NCBI GenBank assembly: GCA_951406725.2
Contig: OX597814.1
Coordinates: 119,970,001-120,034,000 of the forward strand
DNA length: 64,000 bases
DNA from: Octopus vulgaris
Taxonomy: Eukaryota
Reading direction: 5' to 3'
The position numbers and the translations under genes were made by a program. Numbering within the stretch: position 1 is the stretch's first letter; each line of letters begins with the position of its first letter. Shown here in pieces: positions 39,244-52,079 of this stretch. The notes below the pieces were generated by a model. It had not been told where the DNA came from. It saw only the letters and a list, made by a program, of their open reading frames with translations, and did no database searches.

Positions 39244-42069
39244 GTCTACGCCAACATAGATTTATTGAACCAACATAGCCATGAACGTGATGAGAAGTTT
39301 TTTTTTTCTGCTCAGTCAATTGACATGTTAGTAAAAGAAGTAAATGTTCGTTAAAATAATCCCACCGTACTAAGAAGTACATATTGACTGATACACCGTC
39401 ACACCTCTGCACAACACATTCAAATATTGCGGAGAAGTGTGTAGCCTTATACTCCATCAGGGTCCTCTCTTTATATTCCATTGTTCATCGTCCTCTTTGT
39501 TACCTGCAACCACATTTTGCCTCGAAATATTTGGGTCCGAAGTTCTAGGTATTCTCTGCCTAATATATACATATTTCGTTGCCCTCACATATGAGCGACT
39601 CATCATGCAAATTATTCCCTTGTGACATGCTATTTTAAATAATTTCCGTTGTTATTGGCCAGGCAAGAAATTTCAGCCTGAAATTTTTGCTGAAATCGCT
39701 GTATCTCCAGGGCATCCTCAAAATTGCGTCACTGAATTAAATATGAAATATCTGTGGCCCTTAATCCTAGATCTACTGAGGCAAGGACTATTTGAAGCTA
39801 AATATAAAGCAAATGTCTTTGACAGAATTCCAGGAATATACTGGCTAGAACGAATCTGGACAACGCTTAATATCCACTGTGTGATATGAAGTATTTTAAG
39901 TCTGATAGGCGGAAGATGTTTGTTCGTATTTTGAGATTGCCTAAAATTAGTATACCATTTGAAAAATGAAAGTAACAAATGCGTTTACTTGACCAATAAA
40001 AGAGGCAGAAAATTAAGTAAAGGTACATGACTTCTTGAAAATTGTTCTTGTGTACTGTGAGTGTATTTTGTCTAATAATCCGAAAGGCCATTTTGAGATC
40101 AACCTTAGATCTTGTGCACAAGAGTCATGTTAGAAATATTTTAACGTTGAGTTAAAGTTGTTATCTAACATGAATTAAGCTTGGCTCCGGATAAAGTATT
40201 CAGACACTTTAGATGTAGTTGCAGACACTTTCGATACAGATGCAAAGTGGCTATGAGAGATTACATAAGATATTCGGAAATTTAATGTGTGTGGAAGCTT
40301 TGAAGATTTAAAATCGTATTGTTCTTGTGTTTGAAGGATACAATGCTGCGTAATATTTCCTTTTCCTTTAGGCATTTAATAACTGGTTTTGTGCCTTAGT
40401 ATAACTGAAACTGGGGTTTCATATCTGTGTTGGAGGATGCTTTAGAAACACACTACTTTGAAAATATGTATTTTGGTGTCCAAGTTCAGTTATTGTGTTG
40501 TAAATACTTTTCAGCTAACTTGTTAATATATTTAACTCTTAGAACGAATGAACCCTATTTACTGTTTATTGATCTTGGCAGCTTTGGAAACCACAAAATG
40601 TTGTATATTTTCCCTTGTGCAAGCATATGAATCACCCTCGACGCTCAGAACTTATGAAAGCTGGTGATTACACTGATGTTTATGACCACCATCACTATGA
40701 TTGTGAATTAGTAACTGTTATCATTGTGAGAAGTTTTGTAGTATCGCTATTATATCGACAAACATACAGAGAAATCGCTCACTAAAGACAGATTTTCCTA
40801 GCGTAGAGATATTAAACGTCAATAACAGCCATTGATGTAATGCATTAACTCTTATTCAGACACATCCATCGTTTTATCGTCTCATATGAAAAAAATATCG
40901 TTTTCTTCTAGTTGAAATAATGTATGTAATAAATGTTGATAAATCACATATCAAGTGATATCAGGATGTTTGTGTGAAACTATTTGCTTACCAAAGCGGA
41001 ATATCTACAAAGTGTTTGAGCAGTCTGGTATTGGTAAACGAATATATCAGTTCATACATACATAAATAATACCTCAATTAAGACAATGTTGTGTTTTTAC
41101 CACGAAGTCGAACGTTCTAAATTATGCTTTGAAGCGTTGTAATTATCAACAAAAGAGGACGTACTTGAGGGAGGAACTCGGGCACTAAACATTATTGTTA
41201 CATTTTTCGTAAAAATATAAATATTTACGACGGATAAAGCAAGCAATAAAACCGAGAATACCATGATAAAATTCACTGTTTTTGTTAAGTATCTTAAACA
41301 AAACAATAAATATGTAGCAGTTAATATTCCTTATTATTTCAGAAAGACAACATATATGCTGATATGCCAAAGATAATGTATGAGAGAATTCAATCAATCT
41401 CTCTACACTTGCATGTGTTTAAATATATTTGTAAATCTACCGCACATTCGTACGAAATATATTACTCTAAGTAGCAAGTAACTGCCTCCATATATGATGG
41501 AGTGTTTGATTGCTCAAATATATTCAGTATAATACATCAAAAAGTTGTTTTACAATCGAATTTTTTTTCAAGCTACGACGATAAAGCAAATTTCAGAAAA
41601 TTCAGTATATTTATGTAACGCCTTATAATGACGGCAGAATATCTTTTTAAACAACTGCATTAAAACTTTTGATCGATTTAATTAATTCTAAAATTCTATA
41701 AGTACAAAGATTCATCGTCCATTAATAAATATTTCATATGCGACAACAAATTCATTATATTATTTCAGAAAAACACAAGTTTTCAATATAATATGTTACT
41801 TCTCACCTGTGCTAAATAGAAAAGATAAACAGGTGAGAAAATTTTCTCCTGTTTCTGGTTAATTTATATGTAACAAATAGCGCATTTAATTTTATATGAA
41901 CATTTTCAAAGCAATACTTCTACATAGGAAATTATCTCAAAATGTAATAAGCACCTGCCAAACGGATCCAGAATGAAAACAAACATTGGAAATAGAATGT
42001 TATACACGTAGAAAAAAAATCACGTGTATGCTGTCAACATATTTGTGACTTGATATGTTTTATTTTGAA

Positions 42070-42140
42070 GGCAGCGTGCCGGCAGAAACGTTAGCACGCC
42101 GGGCGAAATGCTTCGTCTGTCTTTACTTTCTGAGTTCAAG
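42070..42140 (+). mobile_element. SINE 5' fragment
   Basis: ggcagcgtgccggcagaaacgttagcacgccgggcgaaatgctt...ttctgagttcaa. Confidence 0.7.
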
Positions 42141-42199
42141 TGTTACTAGAAATGGTATTGTGTTCCTTTGTTGGGTTCGTCTTTTTATGTTCCTCATTA

Positions 42200-43190
42200 G
42201 ATGATATGTCACAATTTGAGTAACATCGGTAGGCTGGGAGAGTGGCTGCATGATTTCCTGAAGGGCCGAGGTCAGGCTGTCACAGCAAATGGTGCTCTCT
42301 CCGAAGTGTCACCAATCCACTGGGAACAGTACTGGGACCACTATTGTTTGTGGTTGCTCCCTCGCACATGCCCTCAGCCACAGGGTCCGCCACAGGCACC
42401 AGCTACTACGACGATACAAAAGTATCACAGGGGATCAAGGATCCTACTGATATCCTAAGACGGCAGAACGACCTGAATGCAATATATAAGGGGGCAGATG
42501 AGAATAATACGCAGTTCAGTGCCGCAAAATTTTAAGCACTCCACTATCAGCCCAAAAGCAAAGTACAACTGGAGTGCACGGCACCAATAGGCAATGTAAT
42601 CCCAGAGTACGTGACCAGGGAATCCACATAAGCAACGAGGCAACCATCCATGTGCACATTACTCAGATGGCAACACTAAATAGGCGGATCCTTAAATCCT
42701 TCAGGACCAGGAAGAGAGATACAATGCTTCTGCTTTGTAGAACCTTTGTCCTAAATCATCTGGATTACTGCACCCATATGTGGTCACCACAGAGCGTAAA
42801 AGTAATTGCGGAGCTAGAGGCGGTACAACCCCATTATACAAAGAATAAATACTCTGTAAAACACATGGGCGACTTGGAAGAGGATAAAGGAGCTGGGACT
42901 CTACTTCTAGGGGAAGATAAATGAGAGATATGCAGTGCTATGCATATCAAAAATATTGGAGGGTCTAGCTCCAAATTTCGGAATCAAAATCTACAACAAT
43001 CGCCAAACTGGGAGGCACTACACAGTAACAAAGTTCCTAGTTCTCCATCGAGGATACGAACCCAATATTTAATGACTTGGGATTCAAGGGACCACAACTT
43101 TTTAATGCCCTACAACAGAACATCAGGGATTTATCAGGTGTAGGCATGGAAGTCTTCAAAAAAACCTTTGAATTTGTTTTCCTGCCCTCC
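42200..43190 (+). mobile_element. Decayed CR1/L2-group LINE 3' portion
   Basis: GRLGEWLHDFLKGRGQAVTANG, GTVLGPLLF, SYYDDTKV, HLDYCTHMWSP..ELEAVQ. Confidence 0.88.
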
Positions 43191-43254
43191 TTAATTTTAT
43201 ATACCTGAAGCTCTATCAGAGAGCTAATTGGTTGAGCTGCATAAAGTGGATATC

Positions 43255-43256
43255 TG

Positions 43257-43354
<98 letters not shown>

Positions 43355-43416
43355 GCTAGCTAGCTAGCTATTTGTCTGTCTGTCTGTCTGTCTATCTATA
43401 TATCTCTCTATCTATC

Positions 43417-43470
<54 letters not shown>
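43255..43470. repeat. Compound microsatellite (TATC)n(TAGC)n(TGTC)n(TA)n
   Basis: Directly visible. Confidence 0.95.
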
Positions 43471-43475
<5 letters not shown>

Positions 43476-43724
43476 AGCAAAACAATTAAGATTCAAATGA
43501 ATTCAAATCAATTCAAGTGGATATGGTACTTAATTTAGATGCAACAGAATTCTTCATAGTATTAACCATAAAATTATGTGGGGTGATTATAACCAAGAAA
43601 AAAGCAACAACAATTGTACTAATCTATCAATCCATTCTTGTTGCTTTCTTCTTATATATATGCGGGTGCGTGTGTGTATGTATATATATATACATGTATG
43701 TATGTATGTATGTATGTATATATA

Positions 43725-43907
43725 CAACGGGCTTCTATCAGTTTTGGTAGACGGAATCTGAAAGAAGACCATCTCCCAAATCCATTCACGAGAAATTGGA
43801 CGGCCCGAGGCTATAGTAGAAACCACGTGCCAAAGGGTAGCATACAGTGGGACTGAATCCGGAATCATGTGGCTGTGAAGCAAGCACCTTTCCACACAGT
43901 CACTCCT
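43725..43907 (-). mobile_element. 5' half of the microsatellite-containing SINE
   Basis: Reverse complement of ggagtg.ctgtgtgg.aag...ttcagtcccactg...ccttggc..ttctactatagcctcggg. Confidence 0.75.
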
Positions 43908-44039
43908 TTGTGTGCATGTGTGTGTCTGTGTGTGTGTATGTGTGTGTGTGTGTGTGTGTGTATGTGTGTGTATGTGTGTGTGAGTGTGTGTGTTGCTACA
44001 ATGTGTTGATGAAGAGATCTAAAGCTATGATAACTAACA

Positions 44040-44580
44040 GTGCCCTGTGCCTTTCGTCTACATCATCAACAACCATGAGTTTTAGGAGCAGTCCGTGTTG
44101 GTAGAGCCATGTCCCGAACATTCCTGGAAGACCTGATCTATCAATCCTCATCAGCCACTCATCTGCTTGCTTTACAATACTGATGATATTGCTTGTGTCT
44201 GATAGCGACTTGTCAAACATCTTTCCGAGGTATTTAATAGGAGTTTCTTCTATTAACGGAATGGCCTCTCCTTGCACATGCAGCCTAATTTTCTTGGTTG
44301 CCTTAAACCCCACCATGACTAGCATGCTCCTTGAACTTTTGGCTTAAACCTCATTCTTGCCCATATCGCCATATCTTCTAGTGAAGTCAGCAGCCTTTTT
44401 GCATCCCCATGAGTTGCACTTGTTACTGTAATATCATCCATGAAGCCCCTGATTGAGTGCACACTGTTGCCTGATTCCAATGTTTATCCTTGGGCCTCTC
44501 TATCAGCAGTTGATATGAGGAGATTCATACCCATGATGAAAAGAATGGGTGAAGTCGTGCACCCGGTTATGATTCCTTTC
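44040..44580 (-). mobile_element. RT fragment of a restriction-like-endonuclease LINE (Hero/R2-group)
   Basis: GIITGCTTSPILFIMGMNL, GFMDDITVT, GEAIPLIEETPIKYLGK, IDRSGLPGMFGTWLYQHGLL. Confidence 0.8.
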
Positions 44581-45986
44581 TATATACTGTAGCAACACAC
44601 ACACACACATATACAGATGTATATATTTATATATACAAGAAAATGTATATATATTTGAGTATATATACACTTATTCCTTATATACGGTATTATTACCTAG
44701 GTGTTAGAATAAGCCTACAATAGAGAATTCCTTCACTCATCTCCAAGATACTAGAACCACAATCAGAAATGTGATAATACAAGTGATATAGACGTATCTT
44801 TTCCCTAACAATTTTAACTTTGCTAAATTCTTCTCTATCCCCAAATTAGAAATCCCAGTTTATATTGTAGCACCAATCTTTTCTACTGCAATATTAGTAA
44901 TTTTCCTTCACACAGCTCAGAATACAAGAACACGCTGAAAGTGAAAATTCGTGATTATATCCGAAAGTATAGCCAGAAGAAACCATTCCCTACGTTCAAA
45001 ATTATCTAAACACGAGAACATCATTTTCAACACACAGAGAAAAGCATTTCAGAGACATATTCTCGCTACAAAACATTAACAACCTGAGTCTTATAGAGCA
45101 ATTATCATCAGCGGTTCTGTCTCGAAGAGGCAATTACACAAACCCTGAAGTGACGCTATTTAACAACTTCTTTAGTAACGACAACCCTGACATCAGATTA
45201 CCTGTCGATGTGCAAGAATGGAAAATTATGTAGCTAAGAGATACATTGCCGAACAGCGTAACTAAATCCTTTATTATTTCATCCTCTATGAATCCCACTT
45301 AAAGTAATCATAATTAGCTGCTGCGTTAAAAGTTGAATATTTCACCACCAATACGGGGATCGCACTGCCGAAGAAAGGGCGGGTTTGCTCTTTTTCTTTC
45401 CATGATCTCCTTAGTACAGATATAAAATACATATTACTCAACAGCTATTGGGAACCAATGTGTATATCAAGAAAATTTGTTTATTCTTGTTTTCCGACGA
45501 TGAACTCAGACGCCTTTACGGTTTAGAACGCCTTCAAAATTTAATCTTCATTCAAGTATGTCTCTCTTACCTCCACCGATTAAAAACTGTGCTGGCACCT
45601 ATTTATAGACGTATTGATTAACATATGTGCAAACTACACCCCATTCTGGCTCACAAGCAAAAATAGATGCACGACCACACGATAGAGTAATATACTCATC
45701 AGAAAAGTAAAATGGATTAATGAGAAAAGAAACAAAAAAAAAAAACGTTCATTAAGCTAAAATACTACTGTTGGCATCATTTTATCTAAAGGGTTACATT
45801 TTCAGAAAAAAAAAAAAAATCATTTGATATTTCATTAATAACATCATGAATCTCCGTAGAAGACTGGTGATTGCAACAACTGGAGAGGATCCGAAAACAT
45901 TCTTTTTATTTACAAAGACAAAAGGAAAAAGAAAAAAAAATACTGCTAAATTTTTCATCCATCGTTCGACAGCGATTACAATGACG

Positions 45987-46396
45987 TACTCTTTTATTCT
46001 TTTACTTGTTTCAGTCATTGAACTGTGGCCATGCTGGAGCATTAACTTTAGTCGAGCAAATCGACACCAGGACTTCTTCTTTGTAAGCTTAGTATCGGTC
46101 TCTTTTGCCGAAACGCTAAGTTACGGGGACGTAAACACACAAGCATCGGTTGTCAAGCGATGTTGGGAGGACAAACACAAACACACACACACACACACAC
46201 ACACAAACATATATATTTATATATATATATATATATATATGTGGCTGTGTGGTAAGTAGCTTGTTTACCAACCATATGGTTCCGGGTTCAGTCCCACTGC
46301 GTGGCATCTTGGGCAAGTGTCTTCTACTATAGCCTCGGGCCGACCAAAGCCTTGTGAGTGGATTTGGTAGACGGAAACTGAAAGAAGCCCGTCGTA

Positions 46397-46447
<51 letters not shown>

Positions 46448-46832
46448 TTGTGTGTGTCTGTGTTTGTCCCCCTAGGATTGCTTGACAACCGATGCTGGTG
46501 TGTTTATGTCCCCATTACTTAGCGGTTCGGCAAAAGAGACCGATAGAATAAGTACTGGGCTTACAAAAGAATAAGTCCCAGGTTCGAGTTGCTCGATTAA
46601 AGGCGGTGCCCCAGCATGGCCGCAGTCAAATGACTGAAACAAGTAAAATAGTAAAAGAGATATATATACGACGAGATTCTTTCAGTTTCCGTCTACCAAA
46701 TCTACTCACAAGGGTTTGATCAGACCGAGAAAACAGTATAAAACAATTGCCCAAGGTGCAACGCAGTGGGACTGAACCCGGAACCATGTGGTTGGTAAGC
46801 AAGGCGTTTACCACACAGCCACCCCCACGCCT
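45987..46832 (-). mobile_element. Microsatellite-containing SINE (minus strand), split by a second copy
   Basis: 3' half at 45987-46180 and 5' half at 46668-46832, both on the minus strand, flank a + strand copy. Confidence 0.85.
46240..46659 (+). mobile_element. Near full-length microsatellite-containing tRNA SINE
   Basis: gtggctgtgtggtaag (A box), gggttcagtccc (B box), internal (TA)n(TG)n, tail gactgaaacaagtaaaa.agtaaaag. Confidence 0.9.
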
Positions 46833-46844
46833 ATCAAAAACTCA

Positions 46845-47055
46845 GGCGAAATGCCTATTTCTTTACAACCCACAAGGGGTTACACACAGAGGGGAGAAAC
46901 AAGGAGAGACAAACGGATTAAGTCGATTATATCGACCCCGAAAGGATAAAAGGCAAAGTCGACCTCGAAAGAATTTGAACTCAGAGACATAGCGACAGAC
47001 GAAATACCGCTAAGCATTTCGCCTGGCCTGCTAACGTTTCAGCCAGCTCGCCGCC
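46845..47055 (-). mobile_element. SINE (GGCGGCGAGCTGG family)
   Basis: Reverse complement begins ggcggcgagctggctgaaacgttagca and matches 60371-60580. Confidence 0.85.
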
Positions 47056-47647
47056 TTCACATCGTACAGATTCTACAGAGTTAATACAGCTTTGTCTTCA
47101 ATGGTTCCGATGTTCATTTAAGTATTATTGAGGAACTACTCTTCAGCATACTCTATATAACAGACTTTTGACACTACGTGTATTAATGCAGCACTGAAAT
47201 TCAATTCAGTACCGGCTCTTTATTGATTCCCAGCAAGTCTAATAGTAAAATTTTAGATACTGTTAACTGAGTCGTTTGGCCGAACAGATTATCTAAAGTT
47301 AGCATCCCTAGTAACAAATAATAATAGTTGAAGTGTCTCTTGATAAACAAAACACATATTTCAATCAATGGAAGTTACTTAAGATCTACAAATGTCATTA
47401 GAGTTGTTCTATATTATTTACGTAAGTACCATTATATATATCATTAAAAATGGTAAACTACAATTTTTGCGGATGATCGTTAAGTTCCAGAAAGTCTTCT
47501 TTGGATTACGTAACGGAATAAAAAAAAAATCAGAGAACAAGATGCTAAACATAGAAAAAACACATTGGCTTTGGAAAAGAAAATATCTGTTGGTTTGTTT
47601 ACATCACCGTCATCTAGTAGTTCGCCAAACAAACTGATAACATAAGT

Positions 47648-47967
47648 TTTCTTTTCTCGCCCTTTTGAAGCCCAGCCAGGCTCATGGGTCTGGTTTCCCG
47701 GTTCCCCGGTTTCTGTGGCATGTGTGCTCCCCCCAGCTGGACGGGACGCAAGTCCATCGCAGCGTTACAAGAAGCAGGAAGAAAGAGTGATAGAAAGTTG
47801 TGGCGAAAGAGTACAAGAGGGGTCACCATCACCCCCTGCCGGTGCCTCGTGGAGCTTTTTAGGTGTTTCGCTCAATAAACACACACAACGCCTGGTCTGG
47901 GAATCGAAACCGCGATCTTCCGGCCGTGAGTCCGCTGCCCTAACCACTGGGGCCATTGCGCCTCCAG
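47648..47967 (-). mobile_element. Full-length tRNA-derived SINE with 12-bp TSD
   Basis: Minus strand GGAGGCGCAATGGCCCCAGTGG...GGTTTCGATTCCC. TSD gataacataagt at 47636-47647 and 47968-47979. The 3' tail is shared with the 13203 SINE. Confidence 0.9.
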
Positions 47968-48334
47968 GATAACATAAGTATCAGGCTTTAAAAATGTATT
48001 AGTGTTGATTTCTTCGCCTCAGGCGGTGCCCCAGCAAGACGTGTCGAAAATATCAAAGTTGTAGATATAACTCTGAGTAAGAGCCTAAGATGTCTATACT
48101 TCAACAATAAAGTAGATATGGTCAGTTACTTATTGATTCTTAGAAGTTCCAGTTTAGATATCTAGATTCAACACTGCTTAGTGCTCCCAAAGTAGTGTTC
48201 TGAGCACTAAGCACTGTTGTGTATAAATGCAATGTTACTATCATTTCAAATATGCTTGGGGTACGTTTGGACTCGTGAATAAAACATTTACTGTGTTTTG
48301 CCACGGAGAAGATTTCTTGCTGTAGATAAATGGC

Positions 48335-48785
48335 GTCAGGTCTCAACTTGGATAACACTGGCATCTGAGATCTCCATGAACCAAACAGAAAGCACAAATT
48401 GAAGGGACCACCCACAGGGAAATACTGAAAAGCCTTTGATATGGGCATCACCTGAAATAGCTGTATCGTAAATCCTACAAAATTTGTACGATGTGGAATG
48501 TGTACAAATTTTCAAGAATGTCCATAGTAAGTTCACGATACAAAAAACTGATTGACTCAAGACTCATACACTTTCTTCAAAAGTAAAAGTCAAATCGAAT
48601 TTAAAAATGTAAAACACATCTTTCATGGCAGCACCTTGTCCTACTATATCTAACATTACCCCGAGAGATTAAAAAAAAGAAAAGCAACATGATATTCGGA
48701 CGGTACCTGGACAAATTCCTTCAAGAAACACTAGACAAATAACCGATACAGTGATACATCAACTCCTTAAATTAGTGAGCAATAA
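48335..48785 (+). mobile_element. Very decayed CR1/L2-like LINE 3' end
   Basis: RSQLG*HWHLRSP (cf. RSHLDYCSQLWSP) and a downstream LDKFLQETLDK-like terminal motif. Confidence 0.4.
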
Positions 48786-50172
48786 TGTCTCAAAACATAA
48801 TGGTAAATTCGTCATGACCAGCTCCATTAATTGCCAAAGTTTATTATGTTATATGAAGCTCTCAGTACGCATATTTCTCAGCAATAAAATCAAGGTAACA
48901 CTACAGCAGTTACGAATAATATCTCATTAGAATTTTGAAATTTCTCAGGTGACTGGTAGTTTCCTATTGCAATACAGATGACACTGAATATGATTTGCGC
49001 CATATATAATATTTCCACTTGTATATACAACTCGGTAATATGCAATATAAAGTCTGATAATATTATTAACAATACGTTATCTAATAACATAGGGGTGGGG
49101 TAGTCTTTCTTTGTAACCCATATTTTATGAAATGTTTATTCGGAGTTTGATGTAGTAGGTCACAGGTCTAGTCGGTAGTTATTGAATGAAACTTATAGGA
49201 GATAATTTAATATTAGACGTTGGTTGCAATAATATAGATTCAGATGATGTAGAACAGTTATCATAGACAATTTCCTGTTTATAAGGCTTCGTCTCAATAT
49301 CATTGTAGTTCTAATCAACCCCAGCAAACCCCTTCCGATTTCTGCTATCAGTTCCATCATTAGGTTTACTGACTCTGACCACTTCTCAACACCACGCAAG
49401 CAGGTATAAATGCCCTCCACCTCCAAAAACCTTGTACACCCCACATTCTCCCCCAGGGTACACTACCATTAGAAACGAGATTAATATCTACTTCTATTTC
49501 CCATCTTCTGTCTACTTCGCTGCTTAAAACACACTGCTTTCCTCCAGTGCCTGACGAAGCCGTAGTGAGAAACAAAATAAATTTTGTTGGAGTCGAAGTT
49601 CTGGGTTACCATACACACATGCACACCTCAGCCTGCGCGACACATACACACACATACACTCATATGTATGTACATCTATATCTATGAATTATGTATGTAT
49701 GTATTTTTGCATGTATGTATTGTGTAAGTGTGTGTGTTTGTATGTATGTGTGTAATTAGATTTAATTGATAACAATTTCTTGATTACATTAAGCTTCTTA
49801 AAAATAAATATAGGTTTCATCTGCTCTGATATTGCTCTCAATATTTATAATTTGATTGAATTTCGATTTGAACTGCGCCCGATTCCATTCTTGCATGATA
49901 TCGAACTTAAATGATTCACATTATTAATAACAAATTTCTGTGAGTACTCATGAAGAATTTGCGATAACAAAAGTCAAACCGAACACTTTCATTTAAATAT
50001 TAATTGAGTCAAATATTTTAACATGCCACTTCACAATATTCACTCGCTGAATATGATCCCCATATTTTCTTATATATACAATATAAACAAATAATTCCTA
50101 GTGTCTTATTATCTTCTGAATTACATATTTCCAACGCTTGTAATTTCTAACTTCAGTTCCAGTCCCGCTGCA

Positions 50173-50337
50173 AATTATAGCTTGACACCAATAGGTTTCG
50201 TAAATATGTGTAATTATAGTTTGCCACCATCAGATTTCGTAGATAAGTTTAATTATAGTTTGACACCAACGGCTTTCGTAAATAAGTGTAATTAAAGCTT
50301 GACACTAACAGGTTCCATAAATATGTGTAATTTTAGT
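50173..50337. repeat. 39-bp minisatellite, about 4.2 units
   Basis: Units AATTATAGYTTGACACCAAYAGRTTTCGTAAATAWGTGT start at 50173, 50212, 50251, 50290 and 50329. Confidence 0.9.
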
Positions 50338-50594
50338 CACATTTTTTCACTAATCAGAACATATATTAGCATGTGTGCCTACAGTTAACCTTTAATACAT
50401 CATAGGTTGTGTCATAAATGCATATGCCCAATAGCGTAGTAATACATTTAGTATATCAATCTACTGAGCGCGAACATTTCCTCTCATTAAAAACATTAAC
50501 CAAAATTATCAAATATTAAGTAGCTACACAGACACATATTTACGTGTTACACTTTATACACGTAAGCGAAAATAATACACTTTGTATCTATCAC

Positions 50595-50661
<67 letters not shown>

Positions 50662-50713
50662 CCATCTCTCTCTCTCTTTCTCTCTCTCTCTCGTTCTCTC
50701 TCTCTCTCTCTTT

Positions 50714-50766
<53 letters not shown>

Positions 50767-50993
50767 ATAACATCTTTATAAGGATTTATCAAGTAGTTAC
50801 CGTGAAAAACTTCATAAGGGAAAAATCCATCAATTATTCCTCTTAAATATATTTAGTTATATTAAGGACATTACTATACATACATGCCTCACGCTAGGAG
50901 GGACTCTTAAAGTCAAAACTACCATGATAAATGTACATATTGTACCGAACGCGAGGGAATGCAATTCTCGAAGCGAGCATTTTAAAACCAGAA

Positions 50994-51027
<34 letters not shown>

Positions 51028-51030
<3 letters not shown>

Positions 51031-51619
51031 GTTTAAATATTTGTTGTGCAAGATTTTTTATGTGAAGTCGTGTGTTGAAACAGATATTGTTGTATTTCGG
51101 AATGGTCATTTTGCCAGTTTAGCCAATAAAAACACACGCACTATATATTTGGTGTTATTTTGCTTCAGTGATATTTATTTTTTACTTTAATCTTAATCTT
51201 ATTTCGACCAGAGTTCTTTCGTCACACTCCTGTGACCGCATTAGTGGTCCTTTGTTTTCTTCTTTCTTATTTGTGTCTCTCCTTACTAACCGTCAGCTAT
51301 TTTGTATTTCTATTGTATGTCTTCATTTGCGCATGCTTATATCTCTATGTGCGTCTATGTTTATTTAGTATGTGTGTGGGGGGGGATGCATGTAATATTT
51401 GTATCTTCTGTTGATATACATTCATGTAATTTGTATTTTGTTTTTGTTGTTGTTGCTTTTGTTCTAATTTTGTTCATGTGTTTACATCCACCCATTATTA
51501 TCATTACATATGCTTGTATGTATAACAACAATATTAGTAATAATAATAATAATAAATCTAATCGAAAAAAAAAATGTAATCGAAAAAAAATATATATATA
51601 CACATATATATACACATAT

Positions 51620-51690
<71 letters not shown>

Positions 51691-51852
51691 CATATACATA
51701 CACATATACATAGATATATATACATATATATAGTTATTCATTTCTATTTGTTTATTTATCTGTGTATTTATTATGTTTTCGAGATCCTCTATCGTCATAT
51801 GTTGTGGTGTGTGCTATTGCTCCATTCTAGTTTTCTATTCAGGCTAGGTTTA
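51028..51852 (-). mobile_element. Third copy of the Penelope family: complete pLTR plus the last codons of the endonuclease
   Basis: Colinear with 897-1622 and also carries the terminal extension seen at 3560-3616. Ends in (TA)n. Confidence 0.92.
51206..51250 (-). ncRNA. Variant hammerhead fold (copy 3)
   Basis: GACCA CUAAUG CG GUCAC AGGAGU GUGAC GAAA GAAC UC UGGUC: perfect 5-bp stem I GACCA/UGGUC, CUC triplet, G5 changed to A. Confidence 0.6.
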
Positions 51853-51880
51853 ATTCAATTCTGAATTCATAATACAAAGA

Positions 51881-51883
<3 letters not shown>

Positions 51884-51941
<58 letters not shown>

Positions 51942-52030
51942 CAACAACAACAACAACAAAACAAGAACAAGAACGACAACAACAACAACAACAACAACAA
52001 CAATAATAATAATAATAATAATAATAGTAA
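51884..52030. repeat. (AAT)n(AAC)n microsatellite
   Basis: Directly visible. Confidence 0.95.
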
Positions 52031-52079
52031 AAACGAAACAAATTATCATATGCACAGCGTTGTTCTGAGATAAGTTTAG

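Noticed and set aside
39280-40640. Faint LINE-like motifs (GPDGV on the minus strand, VFDRI on the plus strand)
   Set aside because: The motifs fall on conflicting strands and are too degenerate to assign.
47880-47966. tRNA gene
   Set aside because: The tRNA-like A and B boxes are the head of a SINE with a body, tail and TSD; there is no full cloverleaf or terminator.
49550-49575. CTGACGAAG...GAAAC hammerhead-like string (similar one at 54963-54986)
   Set aside because: Stems I-III do not pair convincingly; at most decayed pLTR remnants.
50173-50337. CRISPR-like periodicity
   Set aside because: Contiguous tandem units without unique spacers, no cas genes, and a eukaryotic context.
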